64,000 nt of DNA from Blasia pusilla. Taxonomy: Eukaryota. This document shows positions 49,397 through 61,000 of this stretch, in pieces. Each line of letters starts with the position of its first letter. Positions within the stretch are counted from its first letter, which is position 1. The notes beneath the pieces were generated by a model, which was not told the origin of the DNA, did not search any database, and was given only the letters and a program-made list of their open reading frames with translations. A program made the translations under genes and the position numbers. The stretch covers positions 44,020,001 through 44,084,000 of the forward strand of contig CM114271.1 of assembly GCA_050084515.1 (NCBI GenBank), written 5' to 3'.

Positions 49397-50520
49397 TCAA
49401 CTCGTCGGACTCTGACGGGTTGGTTAACCCATGTAAAATCAAGTAATCGTTAACAATAGTTGCAACCCGTCAGAAGTCGACGGGTTGCGAGAGGAAGAAC
49501 TTGGTGCCGTATTTGCAATCCGTCGCAGTGTGACGGATTCCTTTTGCTCTCTATTGAGTTTCTTGGCAGTCCGTCGGAGTCCGACGGGTTGCACAATCTC
49601 AAGTGTAGCCAACCCATTAGGACAAGCCCTGCAACCCATCAAAATCCGACGGGTTGCACATTCAAGAGAAGGTCTGGTTTGAGTGGTCGATCATGCAACC
49701 CGGCTATGGTTGCACATAAACAGAAAAGTCCTTCCTAAGGACGGACATAAGGACGGACATGGATAGACATAAGTCCACGGACACAGACTTTATCCATATG
49801 CAACCTTGAACCCGTCGGACTTTGACGGGTAGCATGATCTTTATGAAATGAGTCTTGCTTGGGGTTTTTGTGCAACCTGTCGGTCTCTGACGGATTGCAA
49901 AGCCATGCAAACCCAGACCTTCCGTAAAGAAAATTCAACTCGTCGGTCCGACGGGTTGCAAAACACTCAAACCAGGCCCTTTCCTACCTCATATGCAACC
50001 CAGCCAACTCTGATGGGTTGCAAACCACTCAAAACAGGGCCTTTACTACCTCATATGTAAGCGGTCGGACTCCGACGGGTTGCAATCCACTCAAACTAGG
50101 GCCTTTCCTACCGCATATGCAACCCGTTGGACTCCAACGGGTTGCAGGGTCAATCAAACTCGGCAACACTACAACAGGATGCAGGGTCAACACTAAAATT
50201 TGTGCAACCCACCGGACTCTGACCGGTTGCAAAATATAAAACTTGCGTTAGAATTTTGAACCCGAATGCAAACATATTACTCGGTGTGGGTGGCTTTGCA
50301 ACCCGTCGGTTTCCGACGGATTGAATTTTTGAATTTACTTGACTCGAGGTGCAACCCGTCGGACTCCTCCGGGTTGCAACCCAACCCGGATGGACTCGAA
50401 TGCAAACCGTCTGTTTCCAACGGATTGCACCGAGGAAGCTCTTGGAGCAACCTGTCGGACTCCGACGGGTTGCCAATAGTTGTTCATGTGCTTCCAACCC
50501 GTCGGAAACCGACGGCTTGC
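49397..50520. repeat. Array of about 17 copies of a 29-bp palindrome separated by variable spacers
   Basis: Consensus TGCAACCCGTCGGACTCCGACGGGTTGCA, for example at 49461, 49566, 49871, 50056, 50118, 50203, 50297, 50350 and 50447. Confidence 0.9.
49705..49808 (-). mobile_element. hAT-type MITE, internally deleted 104-bp copy, inserted in one palindrome
   Basis: TATGGTTGCA...TGCAACCTTG; TSD AACCCGGC/AACCCGTC. Confidence 0.85.
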
Positions 50521-50610
50521 TAGTTGTAAATATTCTTACTTCTCGTTGATGGTTGCCACATTGTGTCTGAAGGGAATGTTACCCATCACTGGATCTAAGA
50601 ATGCGACCTA

Positions 50611-51540
50611 GTGAGGAAGGTTCTTACAACGCACCCATCGCAATACAAAGGATTCCTAGGAGAGGAGTTGGTGGATGAGACGCTCACAAAAGGATCACAA
50701 ATCAAAAAGAAGACTTGGGCCAATACATTCATTTCCCAAGATGCAGCTATTACAATACTTTGCAGGTCGAAAATCCAGGCGGTGAAAAGAAGCGCGACAT
50801 TGGAGCTAGAGCGGAGAGGGAATGTTTTGGCTTTTGAGAGATCCATGCTCATTCAAGTTGTGGTATCGACGGCGACAAGGTACCTTGCGAGCAAGATGCA
50901 GGGGTACATCGTCGTCCTCAACCTCGAGCTCGGGCCCAACTTCTACAAAGAGTTGAAGGCCATAATCAAGCGGCAAAAGAAGAGGGAAGAGGATCCCCAT
51001 ACAAGGAATGTAGAGAAGGTGTCTTTGGATAGAGGTCACCACTTTGCCCTCTCAAGGATTTCAAAATTCAGGCGGATCCGACTCATGAAGATCACTCTAG
51101 AGAGAACGAAGGCAGAGAAAAAATTGGCACATCATCCCTCAAGGGTGTTGGACCCAATCATCTCCTAGTGGCTGCAAGAGTGGTCCTTCTGGGATGCCTT
51201 GTGCTTGGTGGGAAAGTTAGTGATTGAATGCCTTCAAGCCGACCTGCAGAGAATTCAGCCGGTTTGCGGAGGAGGCTAGCCTCAAATTGGCGGAGGAGTT
51301 CAAATTTTGGTTGAATGATATCCAAGATAAGCCAGCAGAGATCCCGGGGTTCAAGATGATGTTCAAGAGCCACAGTCTGCCATAGGGGGATGTCGACGAG
51401 GAGATTGGAGACCCGAAGAAACGAGACTTTGTAAGAAAGCAGAGGAGCTTCAAGATCAAGCTGCCGAATCATTCCGCCATCGAGCTGTGCAAAAGATGGT
51501 GTTCAGATTCTTGACCTCCTATGTGAACGCAAGAACATGA
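50611..51540 (+). pseudogene. Degenerate unknown protein-like frame downstream of the palindrome array
   Basis: 185-codon ORF (50611-51168) continued by a protein-like frame (…FSRFAEEASLKLAEEFKFWLNDIQ…) with stops; no domain recognised. Confidence 0.3.
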
Positions 51541-51559
51541 AGGAAGTTCTCAGCGGCAC

Positions 51560-52828
51560 TCCCGGGCGAATCCTCACCACGACCTCCTGTCGGGTGATAT
51601 ACTGTGTGGTACTCGCTCCACATCGGCTCTCGTCAAGCCCAATCCTCTGAATGACGCTTTCCCCAACATCAAGGGTTGCGCTCTTGAATCCAACAAGACG
51701 CGCTGCGGACTAAAAGCTCTACCTCCATGACTCACCAACTGGAAGACCTCTCCTCGGTTATCCAGCAACACAACACTAGGAGAAGCCATGCCACGCTCTA
51801 TCGCGGGTCTAGCGGGCATCTCCGCCATCCTAGCAGCCGCAGCCTGCCATGAATCTGACGTGGACGGCCCGAGCATCTGCTCCAAGGGCAGGTCCATCAC
51901 CTCCTCTGCAATCACCTCTGAACGTGATGCAAGAACTCCAACTCCGCGCTCACATAGTGAAGCGGCCAGCCGAAAAGCCTCGGCGGGCATACCCCCCAAC
52001 GTCATAACATCGGAAGCAGAAAATAAAGGAGTGCGGTACACAACGATGGCCGCCCCCAACAACATGCTCGACACATGCCCCTCCTGAGCATCAACAATAG
52101 GATTTGTCGCACTTGCTTCTCCCATCGCCCTCCGTGCCTGCACACCAACAACATCACCAACTCTCCAGGAACTTTGATGAGGACCCATCGATGGGGTCCT
52201 CATCGCTTCGGACAACGTGAAAGACTGAGGAAGCCTAGTCTGTCTTCTGGCTTCCCCTTGCTGTGGATCCAACTCTGCGGCGGCCTCCATCTGGGCAACC
52301 CCGCACATCCATCCAGGATCCTCCAGATCTCTGGCTGCTCCATATGATGTCGATGCCACGGATCCGGCATCGGGTAACCTCAATGCCATAGCGGCAATCT
52401 GCTCCTGTAGCTGCTGTATCTGAGTAGCCATCCCAGCCTCACGTCTGACGTCTCCCTCGGCGCGTCTAAGTGGTGGTACTCTACCTCCTCCACGGGCAGC
52501 TCCACCACCCTGTCGGGCAACTCTAGCTCCTCGTCCCCCAACAGGACCACCTGGTGCACGATCTCTAGGCCCACCCAGACCGGCTATTCGCTCTGGTGCC
52601 CTCTGTGGCCCTCGGTCCGGACGTAACTCAAGATGTAAGCTGAAACACCTGGCGCGTGTATGACCATACCTCTCACAATAGTCACACTGATAACCTCCTG
52701 GTGCAGCACCATCTCCTCCTCCATGCTGAGGCACACGTCCATGACCCTGACGAGTGCAATCGCGTTGATGATGGGCTCCACCACATGACCAACAAGGAAT
52801 AGTAGGCGGCTGCTGCTGAGCCGCATAT
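51560..52828 (-). pseudogene. gag: Gag zinc-knuckle region and protease N-half (inverted segment of element 2)
   Basis: CWSCGGAHHQRDC, CDYCERYGHTRARC, RLPQSFTLSEA, VLLDSRAQPLMLG; collinear with element 1 at about 11360-12640. Confidence 0.88.
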
Positions 52829-53372
52829 CCTACAGATGAGTCCGTGGTGCGCGCCAAGGCGATAGTGACTGATGCAGAGTCCTACGACGTCTTGGTTGGT
52901 GGAGCAGTGTTATACCCGATGGGGTTTTCCCTGGATTACTGGGAGGAGTCAGCGTCCTACAGACCAGGATGGCAGTCAGATGATGGGCGCCTTAGCTCAT
53001 TACCCGTTTGATTCACAGGTGCAGTGATCGAGCAACGGCCACGAGAGATGGCGACCTTAGCAGCATTTAGCAGTGCCATCACTTGGCCTAGTGATTTGAT
53101 TGAGGGACATGTCCATGTAGAGGATACTCCCGTTCCTGACATTTCTATGGAGAGGAGTGTTATGGTAGCTGCATCATTCTGTGGAGGAGAGGTTCGGTGT
53201 GGGGCTCAACCGAGGAGCTTCAACGATTGGCGTGATGAGCACGCCAGCATCAAGCGTGGGGAGCGAGGCGTTTGCACCAGAGCGTGACGGGTTTGAGGAA
53301 CCCGAGGTAGCAGGGAGTGCTACAATGACACCCTTGGATACCACACCCATTGTGTGGTGTACCCCGGAGGAG

Positions 53373-54310
53373 GGTATTCGAATGTTAGATCTCTTTGGAG
53401 GGATTAGCACCGGGTTAGCTGTTGTTTTGCAGGCAGGAGTGCGAGTACAGCAGTACCTGTATGTGGAGAGTGATGATGTTGCGAGGCGCGTCTCACTACG
53501 ACATGTGGCACAATTACGCCACGTTTTCCCGACTTATTATCATGCGTCCCGCACAGACACGGTACCGAGTTCCCACCTGAGGATATTTTGTTGTTGGGGG
53601 CGCAGAACTTAGAGCGGGTAGGGACCATTGATTTGGTCATTGCCGGTTGGCCATGTCAGGGCCAATTGAGTGTTGGACGAGGCACCAGGTTGGTTGACAC
53701 TCGGTCCAGGTTGTTTTGGGAGATGTTGAGGGTCTTACGGCAGTTGCAAGAGCACGGCCTCTCGTTCCGTCTACATTCGAGAATGTGCCGATCTTAGGAG
53801 ACTCCAGGTCACGGGTGGTGACGAGTGCTCATCAGGTGCGTGCCTGGATCGGCCCAGCAGTGTTCTTGGATGCGGCGAGTGTAGGTTCTAGAGCCCATCG
53901 CCCTGCGTCTATGGTGGACCAACTTGGTGCCCCATGCGGTGTTATGGAGGGTGTATGCGAGAGTGGAGCGCCCCTCCCATTTGTTAGTGGATTCCATTCT
54001 GGATCCAGGTCGTCGATCATAGGCAGTGAGGCACGATGATCGACCACCGTTGACTGTGGTAAATAGGGTAGGCAGGCCGCGGGCAGCCTTGCCCACGTTT
54101 GTGAGTTTTCCTGCTTCCTATGCATACAAGGAGGCCGGTATTGGCTTGGTTTGGGATGACCAGGTTCAGCGGTTGGTGGAGCCCAACGCCGACGAGAGAG
54201 AGCGAGCAATGGGATTTCCCACAGGAGTGACGGCAGTACCATCAGTGTCAGAGGCATCACTACGCCATGTCTTGGGTCAGCGATGGACCTGAATCGCTTG
54301 ACATGGATCC
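53373..54310 (+). pseudogene. DNMT3/DRM-like C5 methyltransferase domain of element 2 (frameshifted)
   Basis: MLDLFGGISTG, YLYVESD, IDLVIAGWPCQG, DTRSRLFWEMLRVL, FENVP, GSRAHRP, ERERAMGFPTG, RHVLGQ. Confidence 0.92.
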
Positions 54311-54657
54311 TCGCTTGGGAGTGGCCGAGCGGCGTCGTATGAGATCGCGACAGATCCACAGGGTTGCGCAGTGAGCCCCATGCCTACCGAGATGGTGGAG
54401 GTAGTGGCTGGGGGCGAGACCCGAGGAGATCTACGCACCAGGGGAGATCGGGAGAGACACCCTTGGACTTCTTGGGATGTTTTGCAAGTACGCAAGGAGA
54501 TGATAGCCACAAAGATCGGCGTGGTTTGGGCCTTTCGACGTGGAGAAGATCGAGTTTGCGATTGGTCGCAAGAGAGCGGCCGAGTGTTGTTGTTCGAGAC
54601 GGGGTTGCACCATAGCAACCATCGATACCCGCTCTGGAGAGTCCTACCGTAGTCACG

Positions 54658-56205
54658 ATGGAGACTTGGGAGCCAGATATGGGCCCTAAGTTGACAGGAG
54701 GAGAGTGGCGCCGAATACATCAGTTCCCCAGGAGTTATAGGAGCTGTTTTGCGTTTAGCATGGAGGATTTGGGTACGCTCAAGGGACCGGGGATCTGCAT
54801 TGAGTTGTCGAGTGATATGCCGATCTTCCGACGACCCTACAGGCACAGTGATATGGAGAGGGCTCTGATTCAGAGTAGGAGCCAGGACTTGGTCGGAGCA
54901 GGACTAGTGGAGATGTCGCATGGGGAGTATGCATCTGCCACTGTCATGCGCGCCAAGAAGGATGTGCATGGCAATTGGACGGATATGCGGATGTGTGGGG
55001 ATTACCGACCTATCAATCGGCAGACGAAGTCCGATAGGTATGCCATGCCCACCCCTGAGGAGATCTTTGATGCGATTGGTCACGCAAAGGTCTTCAGTTC
55101 ATTGGATTTGCGAGCCGGATACCATCAGTTGCCTATCACATTGGAGGACAGGAAGAAGACGGTATTTTGGGGCATCAATCCTCACGGGAAGGATTGTTTG
55201 TACCAGTGGCGGTTCTTACCATTTGGGTTAAAGAACGCCCCATCTGAGTTTCAGAGGGTCATGGATAGGATCTTGGCTGGTCTGGATTTTGCTAGGTGTT
55301 ATATTGATGACATCATAGTCTTTAGCGCCACGGTTGAGGAGCATGAGCAACATCTAGAGGAGGTGTTTCGACGATTGCAATTACATGGGCTGAAGCTACA
55401 TCCAGGCAAGTGCAAGTTCTTCTACGACCAGATTGAGTACTTGGGTCATACGATATACCCAGGGGGCCTTGGTGTTCAGCAGACGAAGGTAGAGGCTATC
55501 TCACGTATTCCACGCCCTACAGATGTGAGCCGTGTTCGCGCATTCATGGGATTGGCGAACTTCTATCGGCGATACGTTAAGGGATTCAGATTCGATTATG
55601 CGCTGACCTTGCGACCAAGGTGGATCACGAGTGGCACTTTGGGGGGATGAGCAGGAGCGAGCATTTCAGATTGCTCAGGATAGGTTGACGTCCGCACCCA
55701 TCTTGAGGAGACCGATCAGGGGGCGTCCTTTCCAATTGCACACAGATTGGAGCATGTTGGGGCTTGGAGCGGTGCTCACCCAACATGATGATGAGGGTAG
55801 AGAGTTCGTAGTGGCTTACGCTAGCTCCTGAACAACGCTGCAGAGGCAAAGTACAGCTCGTATGAGGGTGAGTGCTTGGCTGCGGTGTGGGCTGTCGTGC
55901 ATTTCAGGTGTTACTTATTCGGAAATCCCTTTACCATCATCACTGATCATCAACCACTGAAGTGGTTGATGGAGTCCGACAAGCTTACAGGGAAGCTTGC
56001 GAGATGGGCTCTGTTGTTGCAGGAGTATGATTTTCAGGTGGTACATAGACCTGGGACGCTCAACCAGGATGCAGATGGGTTGAGTCGTAACCCATGCCCG
56101 AGTCAGCAAGATGCGACTGGAGCTCGATGGCATGGAGAGAGTGATGATGAGTCGGTGCCAGGATGGCACGCGTCAGCCTATTTAGGCATGTTGGCGTATG
56201 GATAG
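54658..56205 (+). pseudogene. pol: Reverse transcriptase and RNase H of element 2
   Basis: The RT core is open for 330 codons: RMCGDYRPIN, SLDLRAGYHQ, LPFGLKNAP, CYIDDIIVFS, YLGH. RNase H: LHTDWS...TDHQPL. Confidence 0.95.
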
Positions 56206-57737
56206 CCAGAGTGTGGAGACTTCGATGGCGAGGTCTAGTGGAGAGTCCTTGGATCCCGAGGCCAGTGAGGATACGACAAGTGGCCGAGATATTCATGATG
56301 ATGGAGTTGTCTTGGAGTACCTTCGTACTGGCAGCGTTGCAAGCACCGTGAATGCTAGAGAGCGAGATCGGATCCTACTGCGGGCCAGACGGTTCCGTTG
56401 GGAGGGGACACATGTTTTGAGGGTTTGGGAGGATGGCAAAGTACGCGTAGTGCCGCATCCTTCGCAGAGAGCACGACTAGTGCAGCATGCCCACGAGGAG
56501 TTGGGTCACTTTGGGGTGAAGCGGACGTACAGCTTGCTCCAGATTCAGTATTGGTGGCGAGGCATGCAGACTGACGTTTAGCAGTTTGTTGCCAGGTGCA
56601 TGGTGCATGGTGTGTGATCGGGTCCGAGCATCGTTCAATGCTCCGACTCCAAAGTTGCATCCATTACCGATCATGGGCTAAGGGTATAGATGGAGTTTGG
56701 ATTTTGCAAGACCTTTGCCCTTGACGGAGCGTCACAGTCGTTATGTGTTGGTGATGGTCGAGCACTTCTCGAAGTGGATCGAGTTGGTTGCATTGCCTGA
56801 CAAAGCGAGTGAGGGAGTAGCTTATGCCTTCCTTGACAGAGTGTTGAGTCATTATGGTGCACCGGCTGAGGTGTTGACAGACCAGGGTACCAAGTTTCGC
56901 GGTGAGTTCCAGACCTTGTGTGATCAGGCGCTGATCGACCACCGCACGACTTCGCGAGATCATCCCGAGGCGGATGGATTAGCGGAGAGAGTTGTGCAGA
57001 CGGTGAAGAGGGGTTTACCCAAGTATGGCTTGTAGAGAGGTCACCTAGGAGATTGGAACCTCCAGTTGCCATGGTTTGCGATGGGATACAGATTCAGCAG
57101 GCAGGTATCCTTAGCGTCTTTTTCACCGTACTTGCTACTTTATGGCCGAGAGCCAGATTTACCTGCGGCCATTCGTCGAGATGCTGGTGAGGTGCTGAAC
57201 CTTGATGACCTAGATGTATGGGTGTGAGCATGTTCTCAGAGGGCTGAGTTATTTCGGAGAGTGATGCCCATGGCGTTCGAGAACTTGGCGATTGCACAGC
57301 ATCGGGATACGTTGAGGTATGCGACTATTCGGGGTGGTGGTTATCGACCAACTATCCGGAGGTTTCATCAAGGAGATTATGTCTACTTGCAGCAGACGGC
57401 ACCGACGACGTTGGATGTGACTGCAGGGCGCACTATCTTGAGAGTGCGTAACATTTTGCCATCGAGTGTTCTCTTGCTGGAGGGACGCGATGGTATGGTA
57501 TGGAAGGACCATGTGCGTAATTGTGCGCCATGTCACCTTCCTAACATTGATAGTACAGTAGATCCGAGCTTAGCAGTAGTTCCTGCAGGCTTGCGTTGTA
57601 TGTTGTGTGGTTCTGCCCGTGGTACGGCCACGATGCTAGTCTGTGATGGGTGTTCGAGAGGATGGCATATGGCATGTTTGACGCCACCTCTCACTAGGGT
57701 TCCTCAGGGACGATGGATGTGTCCCAAATGTACATAG
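56198..57737 (+). pseudogene. pol: DDE integrase plus PHD finger of element 2
   Basis: HAHEELGHFG, LDFARPL, VLTDQGTKF, GLAERVV; CMLCGSARGTATMLVCDGCSRGWHMACLTPPLTRVPQGRWMCPKC. Several TAG/TGA stops. Confidence 0.93.
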
Positions 57738-58045
57738 AGTAGGTAGTTCTACATTCCGACTTGTGTCTGTGACATGGATGACAAGGAGGCGACTAACGAT
57801 GGGGCCACATGAGCACCCGGCCTTCTTGCTCTTAGCGTCCGAGAGATGTATGTCATGGTAGGTAGGTATAGATGGCTATCTGGAGTTAGAGGGACCTAAC
57901 CACCAACTAGGGGGGCGATTGGAGATATTTTGATACTTCTTGTCTCGTTGTTTGGATGCCATGAGTTAGCATGGGATCATGCGTGTTTGTGTGTGTGTTC
58001 GGTGACAGCGATGTATGTTGTGTAGCAATGTGTATGCGCACGATA

Positions 58046-61000
58046 GCATCTACAAAAGTAGTTGTCACACTCACTTCTCCCATCGCCCTACATGCTTGCA
58101 CATCCACAACATAAACCCTCCGGCAACTCTGATCAAGACCTATCGATGGGGTGCTCTTTGCCTTGGACAACGTGAAAGACTGAGGAAGTCGAGTCTGTTT
58201 CCTAGCCTCTCCTCTCTATGGATCGAACTCTACAACTGCTCCACGAGTAACAACTACGACTTCCTCCATCTGTACAATCGCACATCCAACAAGGATCCTC
58301 CATGTCTTTGGCTGCTCCATAAGACGTCGATGCCACTGATCCGGCATCAAGTAACTGCAATGCCATAGCGGCAATCTGTTGCTGCAACTGTTGTATCTGA
58401 GCAGCCATCCCAGCCTCATGCCCGACGTCTCCCTTGATGTGTCTAATTAAGTGACGGACCTCTACCTCCTCCTTGGGCAACTCCACCATCCCTCGGCCAA
58501 ATCCAACTCCTCGTCCCCCAACGGGACCACCTGGTACACAACCTCTAGGTCCACCTGGATCGACAACTCGCTTTGGTGCCCTCTCTGGCCCTCGGTCCGA
58601 GCGTAACTCAGGGTGTAGGTTGAAACACCTTGTGCATGTATAACCATATTGCTGACAATGATCACATTGGTATAATCTTGGTGTGGGCCCATCTCCTCCT
58701 CCATGCTAAGGCACGCGTCCACTACCGTGACGGGTGCAATCGCATTGGTGATGGGCTCCACCGCATGCCCAAAAAATCATCCTTGGCGGCTACTATTGAG
58801 CTGCATATCATGACATGAATCGATGTGGCACAGACTCCTTGTATCCTCCTTGAGCTCGTAATGCCATAGTCCTCTCCCAAAATCCACGTTGCTGCACTGG
58901 TGGTGCAGGCAATCATGAATGCTCCTGCACGGAACCCATGGTTGCTACGCTCTCCTCGGCCATGTTGCGCTCAATATTCTCTATGGTCTCAAAAAAATCT
59001 CTCAACGTAGAGGAGGTGTGCATAAGAAGTACCCCATCCCTCATCCATTTCCCCGGGTCTCCGTCCATCATCGCGTACCATGCTTGGATAGCCTAGGACT
59101 CTGTCACCCCCTAAGTGACACTAATCAAACGACGTAAGCGAGTGAAGACCTCAGGCAAACTCTCACTTGGACGCCTATGGAAGCCGTGGATACTCTGCAA
59201 CTTCTCAGTCGGTACCTCCTCGTAGATCGTCCGCAACTTTGCAAAGAACTCAACTAGGGGGTTGAACCTAAGACGATTCCGATTGGATGATGCAACTGCT
59301 CTAGTTTGAGTTACCCCTCCTAGGCCATTACTTGTGGAAGAGGAAGGAGCCTCTCCTAACTCCTCCTCCTTGTCTACAAATGGCTCAGTTCATGACACAT
59401 AGTGTGGGTCATAGTAGAGTCTCCAGGCCTCAATCTCATAAGCATATCTATGGGAGAACTCATAGTAATTGTCCATAGGCACCCCTCTAAGTGTTGGAAT
59501 ATAGCATTCCATGTTGTGAACGGGTTGAAATCTCTAGAGTTCCTAGCCCGCTAGGAATCACACCAACTCTTAAACTCCGTAATAAAGTCATGCAATTCTA
59601 TCGTGCCTATAGCACCCAAAAACCTATGTGGTCCTTTACCTCAATCGTCCATCTCGTACTCCTAGATGGCATGAGCAAGGTTGCATGTGGACAAAGTCTG
59701 TGTCCGTGGACTTATGTCCGTCCTATGGAAGGACTTGTCCCTATGGGCCCCATCTTTTTCTTTGTTCTCATTCCCCTTACTTGCCTTCGTGTTCCATACT
59801 CCCCCATTTCTTCCTCCCTCCACCTCCACTCCCTCCTTCCTCATTCCTCCTCTTATCCTTGCCTTGCCTTCCATCATGGACTAAAAGTGTGGATCCCACC
59901 TCTTGGAACTTATGTCCATGGACATGTCCAGACTTGTCTGTCCCTGTCCGTCCCTGTCTGTCCTAAGGAAGGACTTTTCCGTTTTTGTGCAACCATGGGC
60001 ATGATCACTCATTGTATGCGGTGATGCACTAACAACCTCCTCTAGGCCCTCCCCCTCATCTAACGATGACATAGAAGGAGGTTGAGGCGGTCCCTCACGT
60101 GGAGACCCTTGAAACCTCGCGCCACTCCGAGTAAAACCTCTAGAGCTACTCTTAGGTCCACCATCTTGCCTCTCAAAGTCTCAAAAGGACATCGTGATGA
60201 GCCTTGTGCCCCTCTCATGCGATCACTCTCAACCTCGCTAGTAATCACTCAGACTAAATATGTGGCACTCAATCTACACTCTCTCTCATTGAGACATGTG
60301 TTATGCAGCAACAAGCGATATGGTGCGACAAATCAACTACTATCCTATTGTCTCATCGACAGAACATACACTCAACTTTGGACTTCCCACACATGTCTAG
60401 GTCCTCTAAACCTCTAAATGATGCTCTCAACTTTTGCACGAAACCCAATATCCCAAAATAACTACCCAATACCTGGAATTCCCTCACACGTGCACGGAAA
60501 AAGACTAGACAAGGTAACTTAAACAATGTCGATGTCGCTCCTCAACAACTGAAACTGCAACTCTCGACCCCAACTCAAGCGTGAAGACAAACTCCTCTAA
60601 TCAGCAAGTCGTACTCATGTGATATTGACGGTACTCAAAACTCCTCGATGTGCGGTACGGGTGTAGTGGTGTAGGTGCGGCACTAATGGCACGGAACAGC
60701 GACAAACAGCACAACACTCAAGAATGGGGTGCGGCACTCAACGGCATACCCTCCTCTATCAGCAACACACCCTCTCCTCCCTAGTGATGGTGGGGCTCCG
60801 CGATTGAGATGGTGCGGCGTGTCACGGTACGGTACCCGATCATCATCAAGCGGCTACCAACCTCAAGACATAGTATAATGGAAAGAGAACTTAGAAGGTA
60901 CTCGTAAATAATCGATGTGCAACGGTTAAGGATGGCACAACTCCACTAGTCTTGCCGACATCAATGGTGTAAAATGATAATCAAAACCTCACTCTCGACC

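Larger units (their letters stand above)
51560..58045 (+). mobile_element. Second DNMT/PHD-Gypsy copy (element 2): 5'-truncated, first 1.27 kb inverted, ending PPT-B
   Basis: Inverted gag/protease 51560-52828, then protease end, DNMT, RT, RNase H, integrase, PHD (stop 57737), PPT 57908-57918, and B 57919-58045 ending GCGCACGATA. Confidence 0.9.

Noticed and set aside
49397-50520. True CRISPR array
   Set aside because: Eukaryotic transposon context, no cas genes, degenerate repeats, irregular spacer lengths and several mutually similar spacers.
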